DNA of 63,318 nucleotides, counting the filler, from Vannella sp. (taxonomy: Eukaryota), in assembly GCA_023345925.1 (NCBI GenBank). It is 6 parts of 6 records of this genome, joined end to end, with 100 filler letters (N's around TTAATTAATTAA, not from the genome) between each part and the next. Parts side by side here need not be neighbours in the genome. Positions count along the whole stretch, not along the records: positions 33,497 to 48,460 come from JAJQQN010000508.1; positions 48,561 to 55,998 come from JAJQQN010000647.1; 4 more parts are not named here. One strand, 5' to 3'. Within the stretch, counting starts at the first letter, position 1, and the number at the start of each line of letters is the position of its first letter. Under the pieces are notes generated by a model. It worked only from the letters and a program-made list of their open reading frames with translations. It was not told the DNA's origin and ran no database searches. A program made the translations under genes and the position numbers. Below, piece after piece: positions 36,401-49,234 of the stretch.

Positions 36401-39400
36401 GGGCTCGCCTGTTTGCACTGGTCTCTCCTTCTTCTGCTCTGCAACAACTTTTCGGGAGACTCCCAAAGTAATCTCGTAAGGTAATAGATTTTGAGTTACC
36501 ATTAGAGGAGAGAAGCGGATGGACGCAGGACCCAAAATTTTGGTATCTGACTCCACACTGGTGTAGTAAGGGGTGTAAGAGTAAAGAAGTGTTGACTGCA
36601 GAGGCTCTGAAGAATGGGGAATTGCTAACATTCGCACAGAGGGCGAGGAGAGAGTTGAGGGAATATCAATTGCAAGCTCATTCCAATCCCAAGGATCCAC
36701 TTCTTCTTCAACTTCACTCACACTGCAGTTGAATTGCCAAGTTATTTCGGGTAGATTCCTTTCTTGATTTGAAAGAGGAACGAGAAGGCCAACAAGTTTG
36801 CCCATCCGATCTGTCTTATAATTTTCATAAAAGGAATCTCGGCCCATGTACGCAGAAGAAGGCGATACTGGGAGATCCTTTTGGCATGGCTTGACTAAAT
36901 CGAGAGTAAGTGAGTCACAGTGCACTGACTGTCTAATGTGGAGGCGAAGGGAAGACAAAGATAGATTTTCAAAGACAAATGACCCAAAAATTCTAACGAA
37001 GACCACTGGAAGAGCTTTTGAGGAGGCACTGAGCTGTACCATTTCGTGCAGGTTAACGTAAATCCAAACCATACAGTGATGAAGATGACCTGGAAGATCC
37101 AACTTCGTTTTTTGCCAACCACTCTGATGCAATGAAATGGGACCTCCCCACTGCGCTTGCTGATCGTTGGATGGTACTGAGAGAGAGATAAATTGCTCTG
37201 ATTTTTGAGTCAAATAAGGCCAATTGAATGGGACTGTCTGCTCTGGAAGCAGAACTATTGGGCTAGTAGAGTTACCAGATAATAATTGGCAAACCAACAG
37301 AGGCTGAATGGTTTGATTGATGAAGCAATACTGCCTGTTAATAATCTCAGGGAACTTGTAGGAGCCCAATTCACTTAAGCTACGGGGCAAGGAACTCTGA
37401 ATACTGCGATATAAGAGCACAGAGGCTGGAGAGAAGTTGAGTTGAAGGAGAGAATCAAACTCAATTCCAATAACGCTCTTCTCAAGCACATCCAGCGGGC
37501 GAGTTACACTTAACGCCATTCTTGAAGGCTCTACGAGCCACTGGCTTGTCAGGTAGCTTCCTTCCACAAAACGGACTCCGATGTTTGTTTGCCAACCGAC
37601 CCGCACATATTTTTGCCATACTCCAAGAGTCAGTAGACTCTTTTGGAGTTGCAAGCTCATAAACTCTTCTGTTCCTCCTCCAGGGCGGTTGACGTGGATG
37701 GCTATTCGCGCGCATTGGCACCGAACATGAGTGAGGAGTCGATAAGAATAATCAGGCTGATAACAGGAAGGGAATCTGCAAAGCTGTGGTAACATGGATG
37801 CGGTCAAGTCCGGATGAGACACTTGCAGGCGCCACTCTGAAGCCGCTGAAGATTTGACATGACTTGGAATAGCATAAACTTGATATTCTGGCCCGTTCTT
37901 CAAATTCCAGTCGCAGACTCTGATGTACTTTTGCGCTATAATATCAAACAACTCAAGAGCAATCAATCCTATTGGCATCTGAGAGTCCACATCACTCTCT
38001 TGGGAAAATAGAGCCACTAGAATGGAAGATAAAGCTCTGGGTTCGCTATAACGCCAAGCTATCCATTTTTCACTAGAAGATTCACCAGAAAGAGTAATGC
38101 AATAGGGCCTTGGTCGAATTCCGATTTCTGTGTCCAGCATGAAACCTTCCGCCTGAAGATTGCCAGAGGAATAATCCAAAGCGTGAATGAGTCCATCGGG
38201 AAGGCAAGCTTGCTTTGGTGGTGCATGAACGTGTTGTTTAGAGTTCATGGACTGGGTAAAAGAAGTCCCCAAAACGAAGAGCTGCTGTGCGTCTGAAAGT
38301 GTGATTTGAATGCAAAAAAGGGAGCACTCGACGTTTGTTACCAGAGCCTTTCTACCGTGGAAAATGGAGTCATGTGTTTCCGTGAGACACGAAATGGTTC
38401 CATTCAAAGCAGGTACAAAGAGCTGGCTTCTCTCAACCTCGTTAGAGACGATGACTTGCAAAGAAGCAAAGGAGGAAGTGAAACCTTCGATTCCTCCGTA
38501 GAATAAGAACAGATTAGAAGCTTCTGTTCTGAGCAAAGACTTGGTTTCAAGGCAGGCAGAAAGGGTAAGAGAGATGGAGGGGACGAGCCATTTGGACGAA
38601 ATAAGGAACTGGCCGTTGGGTAACCGAGGCCTTTCACCTGATTGAACCTTTCTGATTGTAGTTTGGCATCTCAAAGTCAACTCGTCAAAGCGATAGCGGT
38701 CATGCAGAATCCAGTCGTTAACTGAGGAGAACTGGAAGTAATCAACAAGCCCCAAAATGACAGATGAGTCGACTTCCACAAGGAGAGGGCACAGTTGGAT
38801 AGAAACTGTGTTGCTAGAAGCACTTTCCCCCATAGCGCTACAACGAACCACCAAAAAGTCGGAGAGGGGACTTTCTGGGGTCCTGCTTTCCCTACCGAAA
38901 AGCTGCCATGATCGCCCACAACAGAAAGACTTAACACACAAGTCTCCTATGGAAGCATTGATACGATACGGGGGTGACAACTCGATTGTACTATCAAAGT
39001 GGCTCGTGAAAAAATGCAAAAGAGGCTCCCCTTCTGCAATCTGATTTGAACGCTCCAAGGAGAGTGAAACAAGAGGGATCCTCAACGATAATCCAACACG
39101 TAGTGCAGCAACAGGACTTAATGATGAGGGCGCACGCCTGTGCGAACGAGAATCTTCATGGGACGATAACAGTAGCTGCAATAAGCGCAAATACTTTCTC
39201 ACCGAAACAACAGCCTTTAGACTGGTTTGTATAGATTGCTGAGAAAGCTGAAGAGATACCGAAGAGATGCGAGTGTCAACCAACAAGAGTTCCCACTCGC
39301 TCTTTGAGTGGCGATGAGCGGCATTTACTGTGACTGGATCTGCAAAACAAGGAACAAGCCAAGTTGGAAGCGGCAAACCAAGCCCCAGTAACTGGGTCTG

Positions 39401-42400
39401 TTGAAGGTTACTGTGAATGACTCCAGTAAATGTTTGCAAATCCTCCACTGCCACTGAAACCTCCCGGAGAGGCAGTAAACTGTTAGGTATTACTGGTTGT
39501 CCCCTGTTGGTTTCAAGTTTCTCTTCTGTAGCGAGATCCGCTTTGACACTTCCAACTTGTAGCAAAAGAAGTTCATGGGCACCTGGTTCATACGAAGATG
39601 GCACTATAAGCAGCAAACGGCCTGTGCAAATGTTCAACGAGACGCTGTGGCTGGATGAGCTAGAAGGGGATATCATTTGGTCCCCAGAGTATTCGGTAGA
39701 AAGCTGATTCTCTGTGGAGACAAAATAATGATCCTCCCGCTTCGCAGATTTGGTGCGCGTTAGGAGAATTGAATCACGAATGATATGGATAGATTCTGCA
39801 ATATCTAAAAGCATGGGCATCCAGAGAGTGCACTGAGCGGAACCAACGAGTAAAGAAAGAGACTGAACAATCACTGGGTCTCCTAACGAATGAGTGGCAG
39901 TCAAATTGATGGCAATAAAACTACCTGAGTCTCCAGGAGCCGTACTCAATACTGCGCCCTTGCTTAAGTCGAGCCAAGGATCTTGTTTAGGGCAAGTTAC
40001 AGATAATCCACCCAGTCTTGAAGTCCATTGAAGTGTAGTAGCTTCTAGATTAGCACGGGTAATGGAACTGAAGCCGAAGGAGATTTGATCCATTGAGAGA
40101 GTTGCAGAGTCCATAGAAATGTGAATAGTCTCGAATGCGATGCTGAAAGCTGTTTGAACCCCTTCAGCTTTGATCAAAAGACTCTCTATTGCTGCTAGCA
40201 GAGCAACTCCCTCCGCCTGAGTTTTTGGTGTGGCCTTAACGACTGGAGAGGCATAAAGATCTCGCAAGCGGGCCACAGACTTTGTGACAATCTCGGCAGC
40301 ACGCCGAATCTGCTCTACATGCAAGTTAAATCGAATCGGTGCAACATCGAGTTTCACAATCAGCTGCTCAGAAAAGTCCGCACTTAGTGACAGAGAGAGG
40401 TCTTTGCAAAAGGATCGATTCAGAGAAGCATCAACGGAATTTTCTAAGAAGAGGCGAATTCCAGTTACTTGCGCGATCCATTTAGGTGATTGGGATACTT
40501 GGAAGTGGGGAACAATCAAGGTTAGAGTCTCTTTGTCAGACCACTGAAGACGAGCAAGGCAGTTGCTGACTTGGACAGTCATCTTGCTTAATCTGGAGCG
40601 TTGAATGAAGGACTTAGCTGCAGGTTCAGAGGATATGTCTCCAGCAGAGTTGGAGTTAATTGGTATCCTCGGGCTGTTTGAAGTGGATTCGTTCGATCTA
40701 ATCGAACGAATCCACTTGGACACAATTTTGACTGGCAGTAGCACTTGGCATTCATGCATAGAAAGTTGTAGATCGAATTCACCTCCTACGAATCGCTGGA
40801 GAGAGAAGAAAAGGGCAGGTCGGCTGGCATCTCCCCCCTGGAATAGGACATGGTGAACTGTTTGATCAATTGGATTCTCCATTTGAGCTAAGGCCTTCAA
40901 GAGCGTGATTTCGATTGCAGAGGGCCCTTTTACCATTGGGTTGAAGACAAGATCAATTCCTTCTGTTGCGCAAGCAAGCAGAGTGTCAGTGTGGATTAAT
41001 CCCGTCTTGTGTTGGCTGATTCCGAGGAATTCATTCACTGCCTCTTCTAGGAGATTTGGGACGATTTTGTGTTGAGGATTCCAAGCAGCCATTAAGATCG
41101 TGTGGTTGTGCCAAAGCTGCAAGTCCACCGGACCTGTTTTCAAATGGAACACTTTCGAAAACTCCACTGGCAGCACCGGAATGGAATAATCGAACTTGAG
41201 GTCAACTGGACGTCTTGTTACAAGCTGCATGATACTGTGAGACACAAGTGTAAAATAGGGGTTTGACATACAGATAACTTATCAGCACAGTATTGCTGAG
41301 TAATGTTTCTATGTGCCAATCCAAAGTGGAGAGTTGAGATGATGAGCTGGAAGGTTTGATGCTTGAAAAGGGTTGGCTTTGTGTGCAAGTCTTCGTAAGA
41401 TGAAGGAAAGCTTTTTTGATTAGACAAATCGAATCCCATATGGTCAAAGCATAACATGATGTCTTCTCTTAGTGACTGACCGCTATTCGAAGGAGGAGCA
41501 GGAACGTAAATTCTGGATGGCCCTACACTCAATTCTGCCCATTTTTCAGTCCACCAGCTCGTGTTTCTGAGCCTAACGTACTCAGTGATAGAGGTGGAGA
41601 CTCTCTCCAGTAATTAATCAGTTGCTGATTGATGTCTTTGGGAGGGCTTTGCCGAACTTTCTCTAGTGTGTCGGACGCACTTGGCAACTTGAAGAATTGA
41701 ATGACCCGATTGATGGTGAAGGTGTCCACTACTGCCATGCTTGGTGCTAGCGAGAGATGGATATCCTGAGGTCCATCCAACGGCCTGCGAATCACCAACT
41801 GCACCGAACTAAACTGAGTCCAAGCTTTTGCGTACTCTTCTGGTGATCGGCTTGGTGTTGGAGCGGTTGGGTGGTGGCGATGGAATGCTGTTTCATGATC
41901 CAATAATGCTTTCATAGCTGAAGGATCTGCGATAAGATCAATAGAGTAACGAACAGTCTGACGAAGATCAAACAAAGAGAACGGAATCCCGTTGATTCTG
42001 TCCGAAAAAAAATCGCTTTCCGACTTTCGAGCAGGAGAACTGGGCAATGTCGCAACAGCTTGGAGCAGTGGATTGTGCTTTGGATTCTTTCTATCAAAGT
42101 TCTTGAATAATTCAAGAGACTCCAGCCCCATGTGTACCTGCGGACGATGATCTGTTGCACCTTCTAGACTTTGTCATCTTCCTGTAATTCAATCAATAAT
42201 CACCTGCTTACCTTCTGCTAGTGTAATTTCTAATGCGAATCGCTTTCCAGTCATGTAAACGATATTCCCTTCAACAGAACAGATATCAAATGAGGCGTGC
42301 GGTAAGAAAACTCCAATAACAGTTATCCCCTGGAAAGTTTTTGGCATCTCTTCCCTTCTACTTTGGGTTCAGGGAAAATGCTTTCAAAGACAATGTCACA

Positions 42401-43565
42401 CTCACTCTTCTTCATCATCCAAGGTCAATGTACTGACTGCCCAGGAGAGCCACCCAGAGGGTTTCTCATGCTTAAGTTTGCTTGGGCTTATTTTGGGGCT
42501 TCCTCTTGATGGACTCAGCTTTGTAGTACCTCTTGGAGGGCTATTTGGTTGACTTGGTGAAAGTTCCTTCCTACTTGAGAGGGAACTGAGGATTCTCCGA
42601 GCAATCCAAAAGATACTCTGATACTGACTCGGTCTTAAAGAAAGGGTCAATCCTTTGGGACCAAGTATGTCAATCCGACTGTCAGGGAGAGACCGAGAAG
42701 CTCGCTCCTTGATCAAACATGCGCGAATTTGAAGGTTTAAACCGCCCAAAATGGGGCTAAGGCGATCTAGGACGTTTCCTTTCTCATCACAAGTGTTGAT
42801 GGATAGACTGGCACCCTCTATAGAGCACCTCTTCCGGATAAAGTTGAACTTTCCTGGATCCACAAAGCTCTCCTCCCATAGATGGGATGCAGAGTGAAGG
42901 TCAACATGCTCTATGTGCATCTTCCATTGGTTTGTGGCCTGTTGCAGGGTAACAGAGAGGTTGGTGATGCGAAGAGAGATGTTGTTGCTGATTTTACGGA
43001 TCATCCAACTTCCCCAACCCTCTTCCTTCGTCTCAGCCTTCCCTTCACTTGGTTTCTCACGCTCATGTGAGTCTTCTTCTTGCTTTGAAGATACCATGGC
43101 TTGGACAAGCCAAGGAGGGAACTCCTCTGCGTCCTTTTGAGGGGTAAGAAGGTGCTCGAAGGGAGACTAGGCGACCTACTGAGAGTGCAACAGCGTCCAA
43201 GGCCAATCCGTCAAAGCTGATCACAATTGGAGCAGACGTGAGTGACGTCCAGGGGATCTTGATGGTCAAGTGGCGAATGACCCCTTGTCGGATGAAGATA
43301 CGTGCTCCAGGGAAGATTCGCTCAATAGCTTGAGGTGCACAGTGTGAGCCACTCATGAATGATTCCCTGAGATCACTTACCATCCTTCCGAAGCTGCACA
43401 TTGCTGAGTTCCACGTCACCACCTTCACCCTCACCAGGTTAGCCCATTCTCCTCTCGTTCTGGAAGGAGTGGAGTACCCCATAACGAAAGCTTGAGATCT
43501 GGAGGATCCTGAATGAACTTCTTCGCGAAACGAAGCAGCAGAGCGGTCACATAACCCTCAAACAT
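33497..43565 (-). CDS. VPS13B: VPS13B-like bridge lipid transfer protein (extreme 3' end missing)
   Basis: Chorein-N MFEGYVTALLLRFAKKFI, IKIPWTSLTSAPI; WRYSEPRAL; QIDN; ELLGNPAHLVR; GLIGAIAKPIGG; 7.8-kb final exon. Confidence 0.85.
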
Positions 43566-43924
43566 CTCCTCCCACCTCCCTGAACAGGGCAGAACCAAAT
43601 AAGTCAAAAAAGAACCTCAAGTCCTCAACCAAATCATAAACAGTTCGATACAGTGTTCCCGATCGGATTTAGAGGTCCTTTTCTACCCCACAGAACTCGT
43701 GTTTGCGTAGAAGCTTGCCCTGAAGACCTCCATCTCTTCAGGATAAGCTTTTGGACAAATTTCATTTTTTCACTTTTTGGTCCCTCAAGGGAAATGCCCA
43801 CGTCGCTCACGTGACTTCTCTGGGTCCATGAACTCTCGACTGGCAAATTTGGAACCAGAAAACTATAAAAAGCGAACTGCTGGGAGACGGTCTTTAAAGG
43901 AGTTCATTTATTGCTGGGAACGGA

Positions 43925-44635
43925 ATGGCCAACAACCTGCAGATCCGATGGAACAAGCAGGTGATTGAGGTGCCTTTGCAGGCTGAGATCACCGTGTATG
44001 ATGTCCGCAAGTTCATTGAAGATCGCACGGAGGTTCCTGTGGAGCGCCAGAAGTTCTCCCCCGCTGTCCTCAGCCTCGCCCACTCAGCGCAGAAGGTTCT
44101 CGAGATTACGCACTTCCTTCGAGCCAAAGGACCCATTGTGAAGCTACTCATGATCGGAAGTGCTCCAAAGAAGCTTGAAGCACCCCGCCCTGCTTCCCCC
44201 ATCCCCGCCCAGCCCATGGAGAAGGCAAAGAAGGCTACCAAAGAGCAACCCGCCTCCAAGGAGACTGCCTCTGCTCCAGTTGTTGTGGAGAAGCCAGTCA
44301 AAGAAGAGGTGGTTGTTCGTATCCCATCCTCAGCTCACCAGGCCTTCACAGCAGGGATCAACAATGTGTCTTACTTGATCTCCGGCGTCCAGTCCGAGGT
44401 AGACAAGACGTTCACCTCTAAGCGCAAGAAACCAAACGCAGAGATGAAGAAGAAGTTCCGTCTTCAATGGACTGAACAACTCACGCAAATCCAGCTCAAA
44501 CTAGACGCAATCACGCTTCCCTCGGTCCCCGACGTGACCGCTGAGGAGCGCGATGAGCTACGCCAGGCTCGCAAGGATCTTGTTGTTCGATCAGAGAAGC
44601 TAATATCTCTGATCGGTCAGTACTGTGGACTCTAG
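43925..44635 (+). CDS. BAG1-like co-chaperone (UBL + BAG domains)
   Basis: TEVPVERQK and LLMIGS ubiquitin-like motifs; EQLTQIQLKLDAI..RQARKDLV BAG motif. Confidence 0.85.
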   Translation: MANNLQIRWNKQVIEVPLQAEITVYDVRKFIEDRTEVPVERQKFSPAVLSLAHSAQKVLEITHFLRAKGPIVKLLMIGSAPKKLEAPRPASPIPAQPMEKAKKATKEQPASKETASAPVVVEKPVKEEVVVRIPSSAHQAFTAGINNVSYLISGVQSEVDKTFTSKRKKPNAEMKKKFRLQWTEQLTQIQLKLDAITLPSVPDVTAEERDELRQARKDLVVRSEKLISLIGQYCGL

Positions 44636-44705
44636 GAAGGACCAAATGAAGAAGGAACATTGAATAGGAATGGCTACATTGATGTGGACTCGGTTTCTCA
44701 GGCGG

Positions 44706-45668
44706 TCACGCCACTTTCTGGTGCTGGCTTGGATGTATAAGGAATGGAAAGAGCATTTGCATTGGCGTACAATGCAACTTGGCCGCGTGAGTGATCTCTG
44801 AAGGGGGTTGACCATTCAACCGTCGCAAAAACTGGATCGTAGTTTGACCAGAACAGATCATAATGATGTGTAAAGCAGTGAAACCACCCGTAGCACTGAG
44901 TAGAAGAACAGCTGGAGCGATGATCAAGGCCATACTTCCCACTGGCATGCACCGAGTCGACACTTCTCGTTGAATCCAGCAGTAGTAGAAGGGCTCAGAG
45001 GTAGTGGCTGTAACCAGAAGACTCCCAACAGCTGTATACAGGATGAACAGAAAGAAAAAGGCAAAGTTGCCAGCGGGGCCAGTCGAAATGCAGTTTGCAG
45101 TGAAGGGACAATGGTGATCCATGTTAGGGATGCACATGTTGCACTGGGAGCAGTGATGAGTCCCTTTCTCTTTGTATGAGCGACACTTTGAGCACAGCTT
45201 GCGTCCCTGATCGTCCATCTTGGGAAGAAGAGGGGGATCGGAAGAAGTTGGAGTGGATTGGAGCCGAGAGGGGGAGTGGTTGATCGTTTGCCAGTAGCAA
45301 TACACGGCATTGGCCCATATCCAGACCGCAAAGATTGTTGCCAAGGTCACTGCTACCCACACGGGCCCTTTCCAGCGTTGAAACTCCATATAGACGTTTG
45401 TCCAGCTGTACTGGGACCACAGAACACGGTAGTCTTGAATAGACATCACCTTAGATGACTCTAGGTAGAAGGGAATGACCATAGAGAAGAAGTAGAACAA
45501 CGCTACACCATAAAGGGCGCTCAAAAGTGTTACTAAGAGCCTGCTGACGGACGTATGGACTAGCCTTCCAACAGGTATGAACGTATTCAAGACATCAATG
45601 AACAGTGGCAGCAGTGATACGCCCACCATGATGATGAGAACGTCCACAACGTCCATTCCCAGGATCAT
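44706..45668 (-). CDS. DHHC palmitoyltransferase
   Basis: CSKC..THHCSQCNMCIPNMDHHCPFTANCI; TM helices; GQTTIQ. Confidence 0.93.
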   Translation of the reverse strand: MILGMDVVDVLIIMVGVSLLPLFIDVLNTFIPVGRLVHTSVSRLLVTLLSALYGVALFYFFSMVIPFYLESSKVMSIQDYRVLWSQYSWTNVYMEFQRWKGPVWVAVTLATIFAVWIWANAVYCYWQTINHSPSRLQSTPTSSDPPLLPKMDDQGRKLCSKCRSYKEKGTHHCSQCNMCIPNMDHHCPFTANCISTGPAGNFAFFFLFILYTAVGSLLVTATTSEPFYYCWIQREVSTRCMPVGSMALIIAPAVLLLSATGGFTALHIIMICSGQTTIQFLRRLNGQPPSEITHAAKLHCTPMQMLFPFLIHPSQHQKVA

Positions 45669-45708
45669 GGGAGGCAAGAAATGACTGTTTCGAGGCTTTA
45701 TCGATGAC

Positions 45709-46088
45709 CTAGTAAGGAGAGCCTCGGATGCTGTCGTAAACAACCTTTTCAGAGCGGTCCACGAGTGTGAGGTTGGCGAAGGAGACGCCTTGATGAAGGA
45801 GGAAGGCTCCCACTCCAAGAGAGAGCAGCCCACGGAAGACTCCAGATGTAGGAATAACCCTGCTGTACGATCCTGCTGCTGTATAAGAGATCTTCCGTTT
45901 CTACTCGCAGGTCAGCAACCCTGCGCCAGTCAAGAGCAAAGGAGCGACATCGCCAGACTCACCACCCGTTGAATCCCAGTGAAGCTTGCTCTGAACCCAG
46001 TCAACAGAACAACAGCAACGATGGTAGTATCGCGCAGCAACGAACTGGCGCTGTCCGAGTCGGGGTGAACCAGCGGGTACTCAAACAT
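45709..46088 (-). CDS. Small two-exon protein (~105 aa) with two hydrophobic segments, function unknown
   Basis: ATG at 46088; phase-0 intron 45962-45901 (GTGAGT..GCTGAC..TAG); open to TAG at 45709. Confidence 0.6.
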
Positions 46089-46173
46089 GGCCCCCAACAA
46101 ATGAGTAATTTCTTACCCACCAAATGAATGAATCTCTTCATTCCATCAGTTTGACTTCATTTGCTGGGAGCCA

Positions 46174-46724
46174 ATGGGCATCCGCTACTTCTTGATGTTA
46201 AACAAACAGGGGCGGACTCGGCTCTCTCAGTACTACACGTACATCCCTGTTGAGAAGCGAGTGCAGGTTGAGGCAGAGATCGTACGGCGCTGTTGGATGC
46301 GGAGCGAGGACCAGGTGAGAAGGGGCACTGCCATTTGAGTGCCATGAAAGAGCTGATGCATCGTTCAGTGTTGTTTCTTTGACTTTGAGGATCACAAAGT
46401 GGTATACAGACGATATGCAGGCCTCTTCTTCGTAGTAGGAGTGGAGAAACTAGAGAACGAGCTCGCCATCTTGGAGTTCATCCACGCTGTGGTGGAAACC
46501 TTCGACGTGTACTTTGAAAACGTGGTATGAACCTCTTTTACATCAGTCTATCAGCCATCCTGACCCTGGGCCCTCAGTGCGAGCAAGACATAATGTACAA
46601 CATTGAGAAAGCTCACTTTATCCTCGACGAAATGATCTCAAATGGAAAGATCCTTGACACAAACAAGAAGAATGTCCTTCTTCCCTTACAGCTGATGGAC
46701 GAGATCGAGTTGGGAACATTGTAA
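46174..46724 (+). CDS. AP4S1: Adaptor complex sigma subunit, AP-4-like
   Basis: MGIRYFLMLNKQGRTRLSQYY; VYRRYAGLFF; ENELAILEFIH..FDVYFENV/CEQDIMYNIEKAHFILDEM; two introns. Confidence 0.85.
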
Positions 46725-46756
46725 TACGAGCAAGTGACTTGTGTAAAAAAAGCGAG

Positions 46757-48392
46757 TTAAATATCGGCATTGTGGCGAGTTTGGAGGATTTGGAGCATAT
46801 CAGAAGAAGTAAGCAGCTTCTCCCGTGGCTTTGGAGGGCTCAGTGTGGAGCCGAGGTGTTCTTCGTGTTGTTCAATGGTCATCCAGTCCTTCCAAGAGAC
46901 TGTGTGCTTATGAAGGGTTTTCTCATCGATTAAGTCAGAGATACCTTGGTAGAAAGGCTGGCGATTCTCTAAGGGAAGGCGGCCCTTGACTAGATCTTCA
47001 ATCAATGATCTCGAAGTCTCTTGGGCATCCCATACGTTTGTTCCAATAATACCGCTTGGACCTCTTTTGAACCATCCACTGGCATACATGCCTTCCATTG
47101 GGGTTCCATCTTTTAAAAGGACCCTGCCTTGATCGTGATGCAAAGCGCCGCGATCATTAAATGGAATGCCGGGAATAGGAAGAGGAAAATAGCCAATGCT
47201 TTCGAGAGACATTCCGCAACCACGCAGAACAGTTTGTTCACCAGTGCCGACTGCGGATTGACAATTTGCGTCTCCAACTAGCTTTGTTTTCTCGATAATC
47301 AGCCCTCCTAAACGGCTTTCATTCTCTTTCGAGGGAAGATAAGCGACTGGGTTGGAGTGAAAGTGTACAAAGCATTTCTTCTCCTTTCCAGAAGGTTCCT
47401 CCTCCATCAAGGACTGAATCTCTTTTTTGGAGAGAAGAGTAGCCTTCTTTTGCATCATTTCAATCATTCTCTTATGCTGCCGAGAGGAGGCTATTTCAGT
47501 TACGGAGGCCGAGTTCAACTCACTGAGATCCTCTTTGGCAATAATGGTTTGGCAACCTTCCAGGTCAAACATTTCCCTCAGCTCTTTGTTCGTAAATGAA
47601 GCTTGGGCCGGTCCACGACGTCCAAATAGATGAATTTCGTCAATTGTTGACTTTTTGAGGAGCTCCAATGTTCGCTGCGTAATATCTGTAGTCTCAAGTG
47701 CCCTATGGCCCTTCAACAGAATCCTAGCAGCATCGAGGGCCACATTACCTGTAAGAGTTAGATGTGATCACCACCTTGGCAAGAGTAGCTTACCGTGACC
47801 AACCACGGCCACCCTTCTGAACGGAGATAGACTGAATTCATCTGATTGAAGGTTGGAATCACTCTCTTCTGTTAGAGAAGCATTGTAGTAACGAACGAAA
47901 GAGCCTGCTGTCTTGACCCCGTCGAGTTGGCTTCCGGGAATGTTCAGCTTTCGCTCTCCTTCTGCACCACAAGCCTGCGAGACAGAGTGAGATGAATCTA
48001 GTGTTCAAGAGACCACTCACCCAAACGATGGCGTGATAACACTTCTGAAGGGCAGGCAGGGAGACAGAAATCGTGTGTTTGTCCAACACCGCATCCTCTG
48101 GGTCGGTGCCCCGTCCCACATTGATGTTTCCAAAGAAGCGGAGAGATAGATCGCCATCCTTGTACTCTCTCAACATCGATTCGAATCGATGTTGAACATT
48201 CTTCACTTCAGGATGATCTGGAGCAACTCCAGACCGCACTAACCCATTACCGACTGGGCTCCTCTCAATGAGATCCACCTGCATTGCCTTCACTCCTAAG
48301 GATCTGCGTACATCCGCAAAGTCTTTCAACAAACTCTGCGCTGTATAGAATCCAGAAGGACCTGCTCCAACCACCGCCACCCGCAGCAGCAT
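46757..48392 (-). CDS. FDXR: NADPH:adrenodoxin oxidoreductase
   Basis: VVGAGPSGFY, GVAPDHPEVK, GHGNVALDAAR, TTDI, GRRGPAQASFT, GWFKRGPSGII; start uncertain (48392 or 48434). Confidence 0.93.
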
Positions 48393-48460
48393 CCCAAAAA
48401 ATGACCTTTTTTCTGAAAAATTCCAGGAAATCATAATTTGAAAAGGGAAGGAATGAATTG

Positions 48461-48560
48461 NNNNNNNNNNNNNNNNNNNNNNNNNNNNNNNNNNNNNNNN
48501 NNNNTTAATTAATTAANNNNNNNNNNNNNNNNNNNNNNNNNNNNNNNNNNNNNNNNNNNN
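48461..48560. other. Artificial contig linker
   Basis: N44-TTAATTAATTAA-N44. Confidence 0.98.
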
Positions 48561-49132
48561 CTTCTTTCCGGAAGGCTGAGTTAGTTCCTGCTGGAGAAGC
48601 TGCAGCCGGAAAGACTGCGCGCAAAGGACATTGTCATAGTCTGTGTCGTACACGTAGTCGTTGCATTTGGCGCAATAGAGGCTCTGGCTACTAACATCCA
48701 CCCCTGAACCAAACATGAACTGGCTGATCTTCGCACAGAGACGAAGAAGGAGCCTACCAAAGGTGTGATCGTTCTCTCTAAAGTGCTCCATCGCGTGTTG
48801 ATCCTCCCAGCACCCGAAATAGACGCAGTGAACACACAAACAGAGCCGCCGAAGTACGGAGGTGCACGTGTTGCACGTGGGAACCGGAATCTACGCGATT
48901 GTAAGTGCTAAGAACATCCACACTCTGGCTGCTGTACCTTGGGAGTAGTGAGAAGCGGCCGCTTGAAGAAGAGAAGGTATTGGTGGATGTAAGGAAAGTT
49001 GGCAAACAACGCGCTCTCCTTCAGCTGCCGCAAGTGCGGACACACCCGCTTCGCTTCTGGCACACTCGAGCACGTCAAGTGACTCTGGCAAGACACCTCG
49101 CTGCCCTCCCCCCCGCTGGCGCGCTCTCCCAT
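48561..49132 (-). CDS. 5' part of USP22/Ubp8-like deubiquitinase (zf-UBP)
   Basis: CPHL..CNTC..CVHCVYFGCW..HAMEH..LYCAKCNDYVYD; truncated at the linker. Confidence 0.8.
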
Positions 49133-49234
49133 CGCGCCCGCCTCCAAAGAATGCCCAGAATCACTCTCCACTCGTTTGGGAAGGGTTATGAAGGTTCTCT
49201 ATGTGATGGGAAGCGTTCATTATCTCCCAGCTCC

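Noticed and set aside
41202..41532. Apparent frameshift in VPS13B
   Set aside because: Resolved by a 47-nt phase-0 GTATGT..CAG intron
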